Assembly (NCBI GenBank): GCA_040954595.2 | Contig: CM082582.2 | Location: 6,184,303 to 6,248,302 of the forward strand | Length of the DNA stretch: 64,000 nucleotides | Origin: Balanoglossus misakiensis | Taxonomy: Eukaryota; Animalia; Hemichordata | Direction of reading: 5' to 3' | Shown: one piece after another, positions 10,723 to 48,367 of the stretch | Layout: the number at the start of each line of letters is the position of its first letter | Numbering within the stretch: the first letter of the stretch is position 1 | Translations under genes and position numbers: made by a program | The notes under the pieces: model-generated | Told to the model about the DNA's origin: nothing | What the model saw: only the letters and a program-made list of their open reading frames with translations | Databases searched by the model: none

Positions 10723-13700
10723 ATGGCTGTGTTGGTCCTTGCTGCGTTGTTCAGCCTGGCGTTTGCCGGCGTCTCCGGCCAAACCTTCCCGGGGACTCTG
10801 CAGGTCAAAGCCCGGTTCAAACTGCAGTTCATCGGTGCCGTGACGTTCGACATCACCGAACGGGTATACGACGGCTGGACGATCTATCTCAACTTCACCG
10901 AACCGACGACTAACGTTCAGGTAATTCTTCGCATTTTAGAATTTCCCGATTTTTTCTTGGAAAAAAAATCAAGAAGGAAAAACTCGCCAAAATGAATAAT
11001 CGGTCTCTACCATTTATTCATTTGGGCGAGATTTTTACTCTCAAATCCTACAAACGGGGTGGAAGTTGTGTGTGGTCGAACATTGATTCACTAGATATAT
11101 CCACATGTAGAATAACATAAACGGTTTCTTGCATCAAACATAAATAATAGAAAAAGGGCAGCGAGAGAGAGACTTTGTCCCTTTAACAGAATACACCCTT
11201 TCCTTTTAAACAATTTGTTTCCGATTCTACTGTGTACATTTCCTTAAGAATCTACCGGTGTTCTCTCTATTGTCGCGAATGGTGTCATTTCCCCCAAAAT
11301 CACCCGGTAATATTTTATTGCAGATTTGGGATGCTGATCTGATATCCTGCGATGCCCAAAACATGCGCTATGTCTTTGGCAACACGCAAATCAACGCTGA
11401 CTTGCCGGCGGGAAGCAGACTCCACATCATGATCATGGGCAATGTCAACCAGTCAGCCAGCTTGGATGCCTCGTGTATCCTGACCCAGGAACCTCCGCGT
11501 GTGGCGATCGGTGAGATGGATGAATCGGCAAATGAGAGTAAGACGGTCATTTCATTCATTATTATACATCGCATTCTATCGTTTCAGGATTTCCTTTTGA
11601 AATGAGCCAAACCTATACAGTCTCCCACTACCGTTTTTCAATTTATTTTCTATGAATTGCCATCTTGCATTTAATAATAACCTGAAAATCAAACTGTATC
11701 TATGTTTTTCTTTCTGAGAGTTGTATATACGTATGCCTCTGTATTTTCTGAGCTATAGTGTATTCGCATATTCCATGTTTTCCCAATGTTAGGTTTGCCC
11801 AGAACTTTGACTTTGCCAAACAACCAAGCATACAAGGGGGTGGACTCGATATAAGTTGCCAACCAACTTGAAAGACGAGATAAGAGATGCCTTGATGAGC
11901 GTACTGTTTTGCTATTGGACGAAATGTGTGACATCTTCTTGGTATCTCTGAGGTTCACATTTTCGCATGCTCAGAAGGATAACACCGGTTTGTTCTGTTT
12001 TATTCTTCACAGCGACCTACGACTACGCCCAAGCCATGCAACTCTCCGTTCTGTTTTACGAGATTCAACGTTCAGGTCGACTCCCTCCCGCGAGGAACAT
12101 TCCGTGGCGATATGACTCGGCGCTGCTCGATATGTCTGAACACGGCGAAGATTTGACTGGTGGTTACTACGATGGTAAGGCTATTTGGCCATCTTGACAA
12201 AAACCCTTGCATGGTCATTTTGAGTGTAATTTATTCCATACGCAATTGTTTTGTTTTTTTTTCAGCTTACAATAACAGTGGCTATAAAAAAATTAACAAT
12301 ATACCCATGCAGCAATGTAAATAGCCATACAGCGATATCGTTCAGTAATATAGTGAGGTACTTTGAATTATCGATATTGATGCAGGATAAAGTCCTAGGT
12401 TATACATTTATAACTGAATATTCATAACTTACAGCGGGAGACCACCTCAAGTTTAGCCTCACCATCGCCTACGCAATGGGCGTGTTGTCATGGGGATACA
12501 TTACATTCCCGGATGCCTACGACGGCCATGATTTGACCCAACCCTTTCTGCAGACGATAAAATGGGGGACGGATTATCTGATGAAGTGCCACACTGAACG
12601 CGAGGAATTCGTGTACCAGGTGATTGTGAAACTCTACTTGTGAAAATTTTTCTCAGTCGCTAAAATTTATTTCTACTGTTAATTATAAGCAGTCACGAAA
12701 AATGAGAATGCGGCACATAGATCTCATTTCATTGATTAAAATATGCTAGGGCAAATGCTAACACATTGTAACGGCGGAGTTTCTCTTCTCTTGTAAAGGT
12801 GGGCGATGCCGGGCTTGACCACAAGTACTGGGGACGCCCGGAAGACATGACAATGGAACGCCCCACTTACCACATCACGTCGGAAGATGAAGAGCAATAC
12901 GGAACAGAGCCACCGGCCGCCGCTGCTGCCGCCCTCGCCGCCGCCTCGATTGTATTCAAGAATTACGGTACCAGAACATGATATTTAATTATACTTTATT
13001 TCCCCATAAGAAACGTTTTACATTTCATAAATTTGACTGTATGTACAATTGGTGGGGACCATGATTGAGCATTATTAAAATGGAAACAAGGTGTTACAGT
13101 AAAGAAGGACAAAGTGTGTCAATTGACGGAATTTATCGTCGTTTAAATGACGAATTTCACACAAATATGCGGCAACTCTGGAAAAAAGTTGATATCAGTG
13201 ATATCAGCAGCGCCACCATGCGACAAGCCTATATTTACGTTTTTTTTCTCTTTTTCTCGACAACAGATCAAATGTACGCCACAACGATGGTTGCACATGC
13301 GAGGGAATTGTACGATCTTGGAAACAACTATCGCGCCAATTACGTGAGCAACGGATATTATCAGTGAGTGGGATTTCTCTGCGAACTCGCAGAATTTGTG
13401 TTGATACAAAATGTACATACTAATGATTGATGTTGTGAGTGCAGACTGACAATTGCACGTCGAACCAAACTGTTATCAACAAGCGAGTATGAGAGAGGGG
13501 AGAGATCTTGAAAGGGGAGAGAGGGAGAGGAAGAAAGAGAGGGAGGGGAACGAGAGAGAGAGAGAATACACCGACTTCTTGAGAAGTCACTACGAGTAAA
13601 TAAAGCGTGTCCATCTAGAAACGCATTGTTTTTGAAATTGCATTTAGCTTAAACTGATATCTCACAAATTACTCGCAACAGGCGTTAAATGAACTCTTGT

Positions 13701-16700
13701 TACAACAATTACTTTAATGATATCTGAACGTTTCGATCTTATTATTAATTGAACTGAAATTGTCGTGATAATTTAACGCATTGAATTTCCATTTGCTAGT
13801 TTATTATTTTTAATGTCACTCGAATGTCAGAAATATATTATCAGTTTTGAGATAGCAATAATACAGTATAATTACTTCGTTAATTGTACAAATACATGCT
13901 TGGCTTTCTAATTGTCAAATAATAATGAGGCGGATTCTAGCACTGATTTAGAAATAGAAAAGACTCTCTAAAATTAATAGCTCCATAATTCACTTGATGG
14001 AGCGTTTTATCATTAACATTCCTAACTTCTCCAATCTACATGTAGGTCTACTTTTTATGGTGATGAACTGTGTTACGCTGCTATATGGCTCTACAAGGCA
14101 ACGGGCGACGAGATTTATTTAGAAGACGCTAAACAACATTTTGAGGAATTCGGTTTGAGGGGCAACGGTTTCTCATTCGCTTGGGGTGACGTCAGAGCTG
14201 GTTGCCAGGTAACTGTTGATATAAGTACTCCGCAGAAAGTGTGACATTGCATGTGGCTGCTGATTTATCGACTGTTATAATACTTCCGTAGAGTATGGAC
14301 CATATTTTCACTTATAAATAATACTTTACAAGGCTGTATCACTAGAAGTCGATAAATCTGCATCACGCTTAGATGAAACATCAACAAGCACGGTGATATA
14401 TATATAGTTATAGGAGTTTGCGATCATTCCTTATCCGCCATTCATCAATGAGGGCACCATCATCTCAAGTCACTTAAGATATTTTTAGCCAAGTTTTACT
14501 AGCAAGATCAGCTACATAATTGAAAAATGTAGAGTGTCGTAGGATCTATGTTAAAAACGCACATGTCTCCAGAAAAATCGTTGAGTATTCCGTATAGTGT
14601 AATTCACGCTGTCCTGTTATTTACTAGTTGGTTGGTGATTTGGTAGCTGGTATATACATAGGCTAGTGAAGGAGTTTCGTCGTTCCACCAAAGACTTGAT
14701 AAAAACAAATAAATTCTAAATTACTCCATTATTCCTTTTTAGTTGTTGCTTTATCTAGCAACAGAGGATATTACTTATTACGATGCTTTCACGAGCTTCA
14801 TGGATAAATGGTTACCCGGTGGCGGTATGCCCTATACAGACAATGGATTGGTTTTCAGACACGAATGGGGATCTTTAAGACACGCTGGTATGTTTTTCTC
14901 CTTCTTATTGACAATGTATTCTTTTAGAGATTCTTGTGTGTGTAATTTTTGTTTAAAAGTTATAAATAGTGGAAAATACCGAAATGAAATATGAAAGCAA
15001 CAGTTTGCAGCTGTTCTCCACTGCATACAACCATCAACCAATCAGGTGTGCTGTTACATGTATGTATTTCAGCTGGAGTGTCTTGGCTGGCCACCGTAGC
15101 CGTCAAAGAGGGCATTCGAGTGGGTGCCTACTCGCGTTTCGCCAAGAGTCAAATGCACTACATCTTGGGAGACACCGGAAGAAGCTTTCTGATCGGATTT
15201 GGGAAGAACTACCCCCTTCGTCCGCATCACAGATCAAGGTACAGTGAAGCCACGCTATAACGAGCACCGTTATTACGAACATTCGGATACAACGAATGTG
15301 AACGGTGTACCCCGAGAATTTTGCATTGTTATTTAAATACTACCAAAAGTTCGCGGTGCATGCCATGTGACGCAATCAGCAGACGGCCCTTTTCGTCTAC
15401 AAGTCAGTAATGTACTCACAGAACCGGCTGCAGTCAAAAAACGCCTTCAAAAGCTTAGTATTAATTAACATAAAAATTATCTGATAGATTTCTACAACAT
15501 ATAATTAGCATTCAATTGCATGCTCCATGCAGCGATTTCGATCAATATAATTACAGAAAAAATGCCGAAGGGGGGGGGGTAAATTAATTCAGAGTGAATG
15601 TTTAATTAAAAACTCATTTATCCTCAATTATCAGTTTCACAAAATCATTTATGCCTCGTGTCATCACAATGCCTCATTAGGACTTTCACTAATTAGGACG
15701 TTGGCATTATTGGATAAGTATCTTTCAGTGTTCGGTCATTTTCTTCAACGATGTCATTTCCTGTCAATTAAACGTTGACGTTTTGAGGGAAAGTGACTGT
15801 TGGCGTGGATAGAACGCTGAACACAATTATCAACCCCTTATTTTAAAAAAATACTGTTAAAAACATATATGAATACCGCAATAGAGAACAATATTAACAG
15901 CCTGTAACAACATATCGGTCAAATGACAGTGTCGTGACGGTCTTACATTCAACATTCAACAGACCAATCCCTACTATACCCCGCTTTTTTTTCTGATCTC
16001 GGCTGTAGTTAATCCAAAGCGAGCGAAAGGGACTGGCATTTATCAAATCAAAAGAATGTTATAAAAATGCGCACATACATAAAATTGTTAGAAAATGTTT
16101 TGTTGGAAATATTTTTTCTTTTATTGACAGTTCATGTCCAGAACCACCCGAAGAATGCACCAGTGGAAACGCCTTCAAAAACCCTGGTCCCAACCCACAT
16201 ATTTGCTTCGGTGCCTTAGTTGGTGGTCCGACTGATCTGAAGGATACCTACGGCGATAATAGAGAGAATTACTATGAGAACGAGGTTGCTCTGGACTACG
16301 ATGCTGGATTTTTATCAGCTTTAGCCGGTTAGTGTATGATTTCATTCTGAGTATACTAGATGCCCATTCTCTGTACTGAGATTGTAGCTGACCCAGCTAT
16401 AGGGGGTCTGACTAGCCGCGCTAATCTCTGCTACGGATGACATATTCACCACTTTTCGGGAATTGCGCGTTTTCTACAGAATACGTTGTCTGTATGTTTT
16501 ACCCTTGAAAACCCATACCCAAAAAATTAAGATACACACGCAAAAATGCTAGATACCTTATATAGTATAGGCCAAAAGTACGCAGTTTGACAAGTGTACA
16601 TCTGTGGAGGCCCCCAAATTTCTTACACGAAGTTATGTAGAAGGGCTGGAATAGTCGCAACGGGATATCTGACTATCCAACACCATATTCTGACCCATTA

Positions 16701-16752
16701 TGTTTTTTTTCCAGGATTGGAACATTTCAAGCTGATCGGAGAGCCGTTTTAA
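10723..16752 (+). CDS. Secreted glycoside hydrolase family 9 endo-beta-1,4-glucanase (cellulase) with N-terminal CBM2-like domain
   Basis: Exons 10723-10920, 11324-11510 (alternative donor after 11537), 12013-12174, 12435-12619, 12799-12967, 13267-13363, 14046-14208, 14743-14887, 15073-15238, 16131-16327, 16715-16752 (TAA); 568 aa in frame. Signal peptide MAVLVLAALFSLAFAGVSG. GH9 motifs: LFYEIQRSG, DLTGGYYDAGDHLKF, DHKYWGRPE, DELCYAAIWLYKAT, WGSLRHA, PHHRSSSC, GALVGGP, NEVALDY. Confidence 0.95.
13490..13565. repeat. Purine-rich (GA)n tract in a GH9 intron
   Basis: Imperfect GA/GGA run. Confidence 0.75.
15240..15296 (+). mobile_element. Terminal fragment of a pogo/Tigger-like (Tc1/mariner) DNA transposon
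   Basis: TA+CAGTGAAGCCACGCTATAACGAGCACCGTTATTACGAACATTCGGATACAACGAA: a TA-CAGT start followed by repeated (T/A)ACGAA-like subterminal motifs typical of pogo-like ends. I did not see the opposite TIR. Confidence 0.55.
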
Positions 16753-19700
16753 AATACATCACATCAATCCAATAGGGCTGACGATAGGAGACGACCGCAT
16801 TCGACTTCAAAATATAGTTGGTTGTTTTTTTCATATTCGTTACAGAAAATGAAAATATGTAGATTTAATTTGCCTATACTAAAGAACTAGCACATGTGCA
16901 TGTAACTATACGTAGTTGCCTGTTATTCGTTTAGAATGCATCACCAGAGGGCGTAACACCAGGGGTGATATTGGACTCTTTGGTAAAACAATTTTTACCT
17001 GTTCAGAATATAGAGTGAAACTACCAAAGATTCTATTCATTTGTAGACCACAGTGGTTATAGTGATCTCTTGCTAATTGAACTTGACGGTTAGTGGAAAC
17101 CCGAGAGGTCTACTCTATATCCTGAAGACCACGAGATGACGCCAATGTACTCTCTATGAATTATTGATCAGAAGAAAGGTCAACCTAAAAACAAAGTGGC
17201 TCCTACATCGCACAGAATTAGTTTTCTTGTGTTGTGGATTTGACGCCAAGCAGAAATAGAGTCGATATCGTCTCCTTGCTTCTGCAGTTTTGCACTTTGG
17301 CTGAACGTGTATTTAGATAGGTCAAAATTAGTACGGTATAAGCTTATGTAGTAAAATAATTCAGGTGAAAAATAGAAATTACATTTGCTCCAATTCCTCC
17401 TCAGATAGGCAATATTTAATAGGACACAGAATACCCTCTCGCAAGATCTTTATAATCAGTTTTGCTCTTGAGAATTATGACATCCAAGTTTAATTTTAAT
17501 GCGTTCCCGATTTAACGTCATCAAATTTCCGGCAAATGTAATGAGTAAGAAAACAAGTGAGCTTGTGATCATTGTCCGACAACTTGAGTTTTACTGGAAT
17601 AGTGGAAATCGTCCATGCTTTTCGACAACTGTTGACAGTGGGGTGGGATTTTTAAATACTTATTTCTGAAACGTTCTCTGACTTTGTTCGCTTATAATCC
17701 TATCTATATCACGTTCTTTCATTTCCTTGGAAGCAAAATACATCGGTAAATAACTGCAATTTAGACATGTTTACACGGAATCATTTCTGGTCTCGTCATT
17801 TTAACGGCGCAGCCCGAAATGCACGGAACAAAAGCCCATTGTGCAGAAAATAGGGGCGATTGAAACGCCGTTCGATTTTGTTATGGACACTTTACTTGCC
17901 TGTCAATACAGGACTGACTGACAAAACAGGCGCTGCTAAGGAGGCATTACAGGAGATCAGTCGACCTGGATTTGGGCGACTCGAATATTGAGTTGTCTGA
18001 GAAACGGAAATCACGAGTTATTTTGACATCAGCGTCCTGCGTGAAGGTTTACTGCCGACATCGGCACCTCTCTCATAGAGCCTCACTTTTTTAACGTTCG
18101 GCACTTCCTTTGGAAACAGGAGACGATAAAAATATGATATGATTTTGCGCCCATTTTCCACAATAAACCGACACCGCCCTATTCACGCGAAACACCATAA
18201 ACGCAACAGTTAACAGACATGGCGATGAAAGGCATTTGAAATAAATTTAATTCCAGTGACGAGAAGTGACCTCTGAATCGATTTCGAGCGTTGATATCGT
18301 TAAAAATACGCGATAAAATGCCTTATTACACAGTTTCCAATGTGTAAAATAATCTAAAATTGACGAGTCGTCACGTGACATTGGCTAAACCCCGGAAGAA
18401 GATGACGTAATAGTTTGGCAACTGGTTTCTGTAATCCTGTTTTACTGTGACTGCGATAATTTGATCTATAACAACGCGCGTCTGTAAAATATAATCGTTC
18501 CAATGTAAAATGATAACCATTAACCACTAGCCGTCGCTGAATTTATCGTGGAACCACGCTGTATTTATCGGTTCCGCTGAACAAAATATTTAAGAATGCG
18601 CATTTTTGAGGCGCATACTACCTTAATGACAATGAAAGCTAAACGTGTGTAATCGTAACATCGATAGCTGAATACGATGTGTGCAGCTGCAATTAACCAA
18701 AAGATGCATTGCTATAAGTCTGGGCATATCTGGATGATATCTCGTCGAATGAAAACCACACAAAGCTGGCGCTCTGAGATTGTGTTGATTACATAAGTGG
18801 CGAGTTGTCAACATTGTGTGAAACCTAAACAGTGAAGGTGTCAACTACCTCATTTCACATGTATCATATAATTTGAATATCGTTTACATGTATTACCGCA
18901 AAGTCATTCAGTCAATGGATATGTTGCTTAAATTGCGACAATTATACGAAGGGTAGAACGAATCTGAGACATTAGAACATATGTTCAGATGGATTGCGTG
19001 AAAATATGGTGGACGTCGAATTATCCGGGGTTTTTTTTAGTTAGAAAAACGCGTCAACATAGCAAACTGAGAAGATTCTAACTAAACACAGTAAGTCGCC
19101 ATACACTCTGATGTTAACACATTTTCCCAAGACATTTAATGGGTTGGGTAATTTTGGTTGCTGGGAACAAGACGAGCCGGCATGGCTGATTTACGGTGGG
19201 TCTTTAAAGATAATAGACTTTCAAGTAAATACATCCTTGAGTTTATGTACAGACTCGCATTAAATGGACAAAGTTATATCCCGGCACACCTGGTAAAAAG
19301 CACACCGTTGTTCATTTATGGGAGGCCTTACATGCAGTGAACTTGATATCAACAGAGTTGAGGTCCAACCAGATTGAAATAATTGATTCTGACAGAATTC
19401 AAGAAGGAAACATTTGCTGATTCAATCCATTAGTTCAAGAATCAGTCTCTAATACAAATTGGAATCAGATCAAACGATTAACAAACAAGCCTACAGTCTA
19501 ACCCGCCAGTCAGTTTTTAACAATTCCGATTGGCGGGGCAGCGATCGCACTGTCGGTAAGCGTCATCTTGTTTGATCGGTATGAATCCCTACAAACTGAA
19601 CGCTCACAAACAACATTTTTTACGACGCTTTTAACAAGAACCATTCCCCGATGCCGACAAATTACCCTTGCCCCGGGGCCAAAGGCCATTCGATTTGCTT

Positions 19701-20170
19701 CAGCTGGCGTTCGTTTCTGAGAACCGCGGCCCGCCAAACAGTTCGCTCAGGGCAGATTCACTGTAACAGAGATTGGATGATTTGGTAACCTTTATAAAAG
19801 AGGTGATACGATAATTAGCCGCTGAATTCATACCGCGTCACGTTCCCATCACTGATATGTTTGTCTATCGCATTTATCAGTTATTGGGCTGTATTACAAA
19901 GCCCTAACCTCTCACCTTAGGCATAAATATAGACGCGACGACACATCAACTCCGACAAAGATCTAGCCTGGCCGGTAATCTTGAGGTCCACGAATGATTA
20001 ACACGTGCATAAAGCGGAAATTTGGTGATTTGTCTTCTGAGCTGTCCCATTAACCAGCTGATTGAAATCGAAAAATAAATAGATATATATTTACTCGACG
20101 TGACAATCTGTGACAAAATGCCACAAAGCCCTCTGAAAAGAAGCTATCATTAATTAATTAATGCATTCCT

Positions 20171-20221
20171 TCATTCGTTCACTCACTCACTCACTCATTC
20201 ATTCATCCACTCACTCACTCA
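20171..20221. repeat. (CATT/CACT)n microsatellite
   Basis: Visible tetranucleotide run. Confidence 0.75.
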
Positions 20222-22467
20222 TTAAAAGCGTCTTACGTCACATCCTAGATAAAGCATGTCACACGTCATATAGGAACTCCCTTGGCAATGCATGATGGGA
20301 ATCCTCATCAACATACTGATAGTACACAGGCAATCGCTTGTTTGAACAATGTTCTTTCTCTAAATCCCATGTTCAATGTATATTGCAGAATGGCAGAACA
20401 GGAAGTAAACTCTAGGTATTGCAATATGACGGTTTACTTTTCATTGCCGTCCATAGCCTCGTAAAATCTCGTGAGAACACCATTAAAGTGTTTTGAGCAA
20501 AGTAACACACCTGTGTATACAAATCAAATACTCACGTCCAGCAATATACTATATACCGGTACGAGTTTTGCCAACAAGCAAGCGTGATTTAACAGACTGG
20601 GGATAATATTATGATGCGACAGATATACTGTACCGCGAGGTTCATCAACCACACCCCATCAAATTCACCTGTGCAATCAACGCCAGTATCCCGCAGTCAG
20701 TTTCAAATAATATCATTTCCCCTTAATCTCATTTGGAAATGAAAATGTCAAACACAAGTGGCGAAAACACCACAGATTCATTTCGCTGAGTGGGATGGAG
20801 ATTGGTATTTGATTGGCTATAGGCTGCAAGACGAAATGATAGTCGCACTTGTATGCACGTAGGTTATAATAAAGTTTGTTGAGTTGACGATCCGAATCCA
20901 ATTATCCGTAGCCTCCTTACGGCGATGTCTAAACGTCTTTCAATTAATTTTTACTTTCGCGATTCAAATGTAATGAAAATTGGAGGCAATTGCCAGGGAC
21001 TGTCGAAGGTTGCCCATTTAATGCCGGTGACACTTTGCCGTATTCTCTGACCTACAGATAGAAATCAAAAGGCATATCACAGTTTCCATTACGTTTTAAT
21101 AGCATATGAATCTTGATAGGTCTGGTGTGAATTGTAATACGCAGGCAACAAGATCACTATCTTGCGAAATATTGCGACGCATCAATATGTCGATTCCATA
21201 GTCCACCATTCTGTGATGAACACTATTTCTATTTTGATATATTTTTTTCGTTCAATTTTAAGGCTGTCAAAGCAATACATCACTGGCATACTTCGATGGG
21301 AATATGATGCCTGGTCTCACACCCGCCCGATATTAATTCGCTTATTAGCTTTCACTTCAAATTTCACGAATTGTCGACTTGGAAAGTTGATCATTTAAAG
21401 GAAGGTGATAATGCTATTCGATTAACCATTCCATTGAGCAGAAGCAAAATTGTGAGACTGTCGGTTTCCGAGTACCTTGTACCGGTCAAAACAGCAGAAA
21501 AAATGGCAATTACACTATTGCCGTGACATCAATCTGCCAATTCACCCCAATACATTTTATCTCTCCGTCGAGTCTCGTTTTTCGATTAGCGGAGTCTAGA
21601 CGGATGTACTTCTCAGCCATGCGGACAACAAACAATCCGTGCACAGAAGTCTGCTTTTGTTCGCAACTTATTGTGCGGGCGGGCCACAAACGTTGATCCA
21701 CATCCCGTGCTACCAATCGACAAACGCGGGAATTAAATGGTCATTACACTGTACGTAAGAAGCTTTGGCGAAGAATACCCATTGTCTTCGATTATACGCG
21801 GCGGGAGCGTGTTGCCAGTGGGTCTATTCCGTGAAGTGAGTTGGGGTTTGTTTTGAGCGAAGATTCATGACGATCAAAAGCAAAGGAGAACTTCTCAGTT
21901 GAAAGACAAAACCGGATTACCGTGTAAATAGATCGCACAAAAGTGCAAAACACTCGAAAGTGGTGTTGATCGATTAAGTACAAAATGCAAGATGTCTGAT
22001 GTCTCTCTATAGACCAAAATAATAGGACACATGGTTTATTGTGGCTTGGACTGTCAATAGCGGAATCAGGGCTGTTAGCCCCCCCCTCCCCCCTCCCCCC
22101 ACACAACATACAATGTACCCTACACTATACTATACTAAATGTAGACGTGTCGGAGTACACGAGACGTTGAAACTCGATAGTTGCTTTTCATTTTCCGTGC
22201 ATCCTGTATTCAGTCGCGGTTATCAAAATACAGGTATAGCCTTTGACACAAGGTTAATAGGGTTCTCACAAGATGGCCAGCTCAGCATTGGAAAGAGATT
22301 TGGGACCTGGCGCTGTATCTTTTGCACACAGGCGCGCCCGATAGGCATGCATTCATAAGTTTAAGTTGAAATTACATCTGTCAGCAATGATGTGCATCTG
22401 GAAACGATAAGGGTGATAACTGTAACATGCAATGTGTCGAATTAACACTTCAGGACAGTGTGTGCTT

Positions 22468-22516
22468 CTACTACCACCACCACCACCACCACCACCACCA
22501 CCATAATCATCACCAT

Positions 22517-22603
<87 letters not shown>

Positions 22604-22617
22604 AAACAACAACAACC
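22468..22617. repeat. Compound trinucleotide microsatellite (CAC)n-(CAT)n-(CAA)n
   Basis: Long perfect CAT run; it produces the poly-His/Asp/Ile ORFs in the track. Confidence 0.95.
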
Positions 22618-23929
22618 GGCGGCGGTTTAATGTTATAGATTAATGTGCACAATATGATCTGATTCAACACTGGGCATTAGGATTCAATACACGAAACAGG
22701 CTTCAAACATTCACAAGCAAAATTGAGTGTTAATTACGGTCGGCGTAATCCTTTTAAGAATATTTTTTTATTTTCCTCAAAAGCAGAGAGAGAGAGAGAG
22801 ATAACTGTGCCTCATGTACCACATTTCGCGAATACTGTTTACGCAAGAGTCACGTGACACAGGGATGTTTATGAAATGGATTTTTCCCCAACCAAGACGT
22901 GCTTGAATGCAATTCCAAAATTAGCTTGAGCCAGACGGTTCCATTGTGTCGACAATTCTTAGCGATACGGAAATCCGTTGAATAGTCTTTTCACGTCTCT
23001 TGCTTGTGTCTTGTCGTAACAGGTTTGTTCAATCTCAATCAGATGGCCAAATCAAACATCCTCGGGGGTTCATTAAAATCGCGACTTAATTAATTCTCGA
23101 TGGCTATAATGTCTGCTATGTTCAAATTGGCACATCGAAATGACGCAGACCGTGCCGCCACAGTATAACTGAATACCTCCATTACACCCAGCTATTACAC
23201 AGTCTGCTTTTGACATGGTTTTATGGCTACTTTCAAAACATCAATGTAAATGTAAGAATTACACGTCGTAAAAAATTATCTCCTTATAACGTTTGCATGT
23301 GCCTAATATCTGAAGCCATTCTCAGTACAGAAACCTATAGCCAAGTAAAAAAAGAAATCCCGAAATATGACGCGAGTTGTACAAGTGGAGAACGTGATGT
23401 ATACTGACAGAGAAGGTTACTAGATGAAATCTATTTTCTACATTACCTCGGTTAGGTATCAAGGAAGACCTTGATTATGTATCTATGGATTCTGATATGT
23501 GATATCTTTTGGACAGTAACCGCATTCTGAATTGCAACGAATTGATTACCGAGACCACTTCAATTCAAGACTAATTTTTAGGGGTCAGTTTTTTTCCAGA
23601 TATATTTGCCAAATTGCATTTTGATATCTATCGAGCATTTGCGACCAATATTCCAGAAACTGCTGCCTTTGTTTTCAAAAAATATCCTTCACTTTAAGAG
23701 AAGACGCGGAACTATTTTACAAAAAAAATTGCGAATTTGCATATGTCTTCCCGCGTAGTAACTTATCGGTCATGTCAACTACAATTTTGCCCATTGTTCG
23801 ACGCGTCACCGACGTTAGTTGGCGCGTTTTAACTTGAAGTCCTTTGAGTCTGCGCGTACAGATGGGATGTGTTGGTGAGCTGCAACGTATGATAACCGCT
23901 ACCACTTCTCCAATATGGTATATTGATGC

Positions 23930-24379
23930 CACGAAGGGTGACGTGACGCTCAATAATATGTAGTCACGGTATACAGCTGTCTGAACACCTCCGTGGATCA
24001 TCCAGCCAGGAACAGATTACATAACACACCCCGACGCGTTTCCCTTCTATTCAGCCGGTACACCTGGAGACGTCATCGCGCATTCTCTTCTGATCGCCCG
24101 GAGCGCTGTTATTCGCCCGCTCTTTTGATCACCGGTGCTTCGATCGGGCATTGTCACCTGCGGTGGTGACGACAGCAAAACCAAACCGCCGCGAGACGAG
24201 CTAGGATGAGACAGGCAGACCCGCACAGCGGCACGCGAATACCGTAGTTAGCTTTTTTTCTTCTTCTGCGAACTACCCAAGCGTGTATAGTCGTCTAGCG
24301 TACCACCGACTGGAAATTGACTGCTTAACTGGGAGTCGTCACGCCCCATCTCTTTGCGAAGATAACACATACAGGGCTG
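23930..24379 (+). promoter_or_regulatory. Probable promoter / 5' UTR region of the Cys-loop receptor
   Basis: Locally GC- and CpG-richer stretch immediately upstream of the signal-peptide exon, with CRE-like cores (TGACGTGA ~23939, GACGTCA ~24069). The evidence is position and composition only. Confidence 0.35.
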
Positions 24380-47979
<23,600 letters not shown>

Positions 47980-48361
47980 ACCAACGGAAATCGCGCAACG
48001 TCGCTGGTTTCACGTTATGCATAATTACTCTTCAAATATTCCAGGCTACACGTGACAACTCGCCAACACTTCGGCAAAGGGTTAAAGTTTTAGTGATGAT
48101 AAAAGTAGTTATGATCTTTTACATTTGTGTCGTACAGAAGACAAACTTATACTAGTTATCACAAACAATTTTATGAATCGCTAGTGACGTGAATATTAAT
48201 TATACTAACGATAAAGTTGGGGTTACGGTACGCATATACATATATACACAGAATATATAAATGAGGTTGCCGGTTCTCCGTATATCTTAAACGTTTTTGT
48301 ACAAACCGACGGCGTTCAACTGTGTGTTGCGACTCTGTGTGTGAATTTTGTGATTGTAAAA

Positions 48362-48367
48362 AATAAA
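48362..48367 (+). terminator. Candidate polyadenylation signal of the receptor gene
   Basis: AATAAA ~380 nt after the stop codon, followed by T-rich sequence. Confidence 0.45.

Noticed and set aside
10723-16752. Recent horizontal transfer or bacterial contamination as the origin of the cellulase
   Set aside because: The gene has ten spliceosomal introns, and GH9 is an ancient endogenous family in many invertebrates.
22353-22670. Poly-Asp/His/Ile ORFs (also 27090-27323)
   Set aside because: These are translations of trinucleotide microsatellites with no splice or homology support.
24049-24075. REST/NRSE site upstream of the neuronal receptor
   Set aside because: Only TTCAGC matches; the ACC-nn-GGACAG part is absent.
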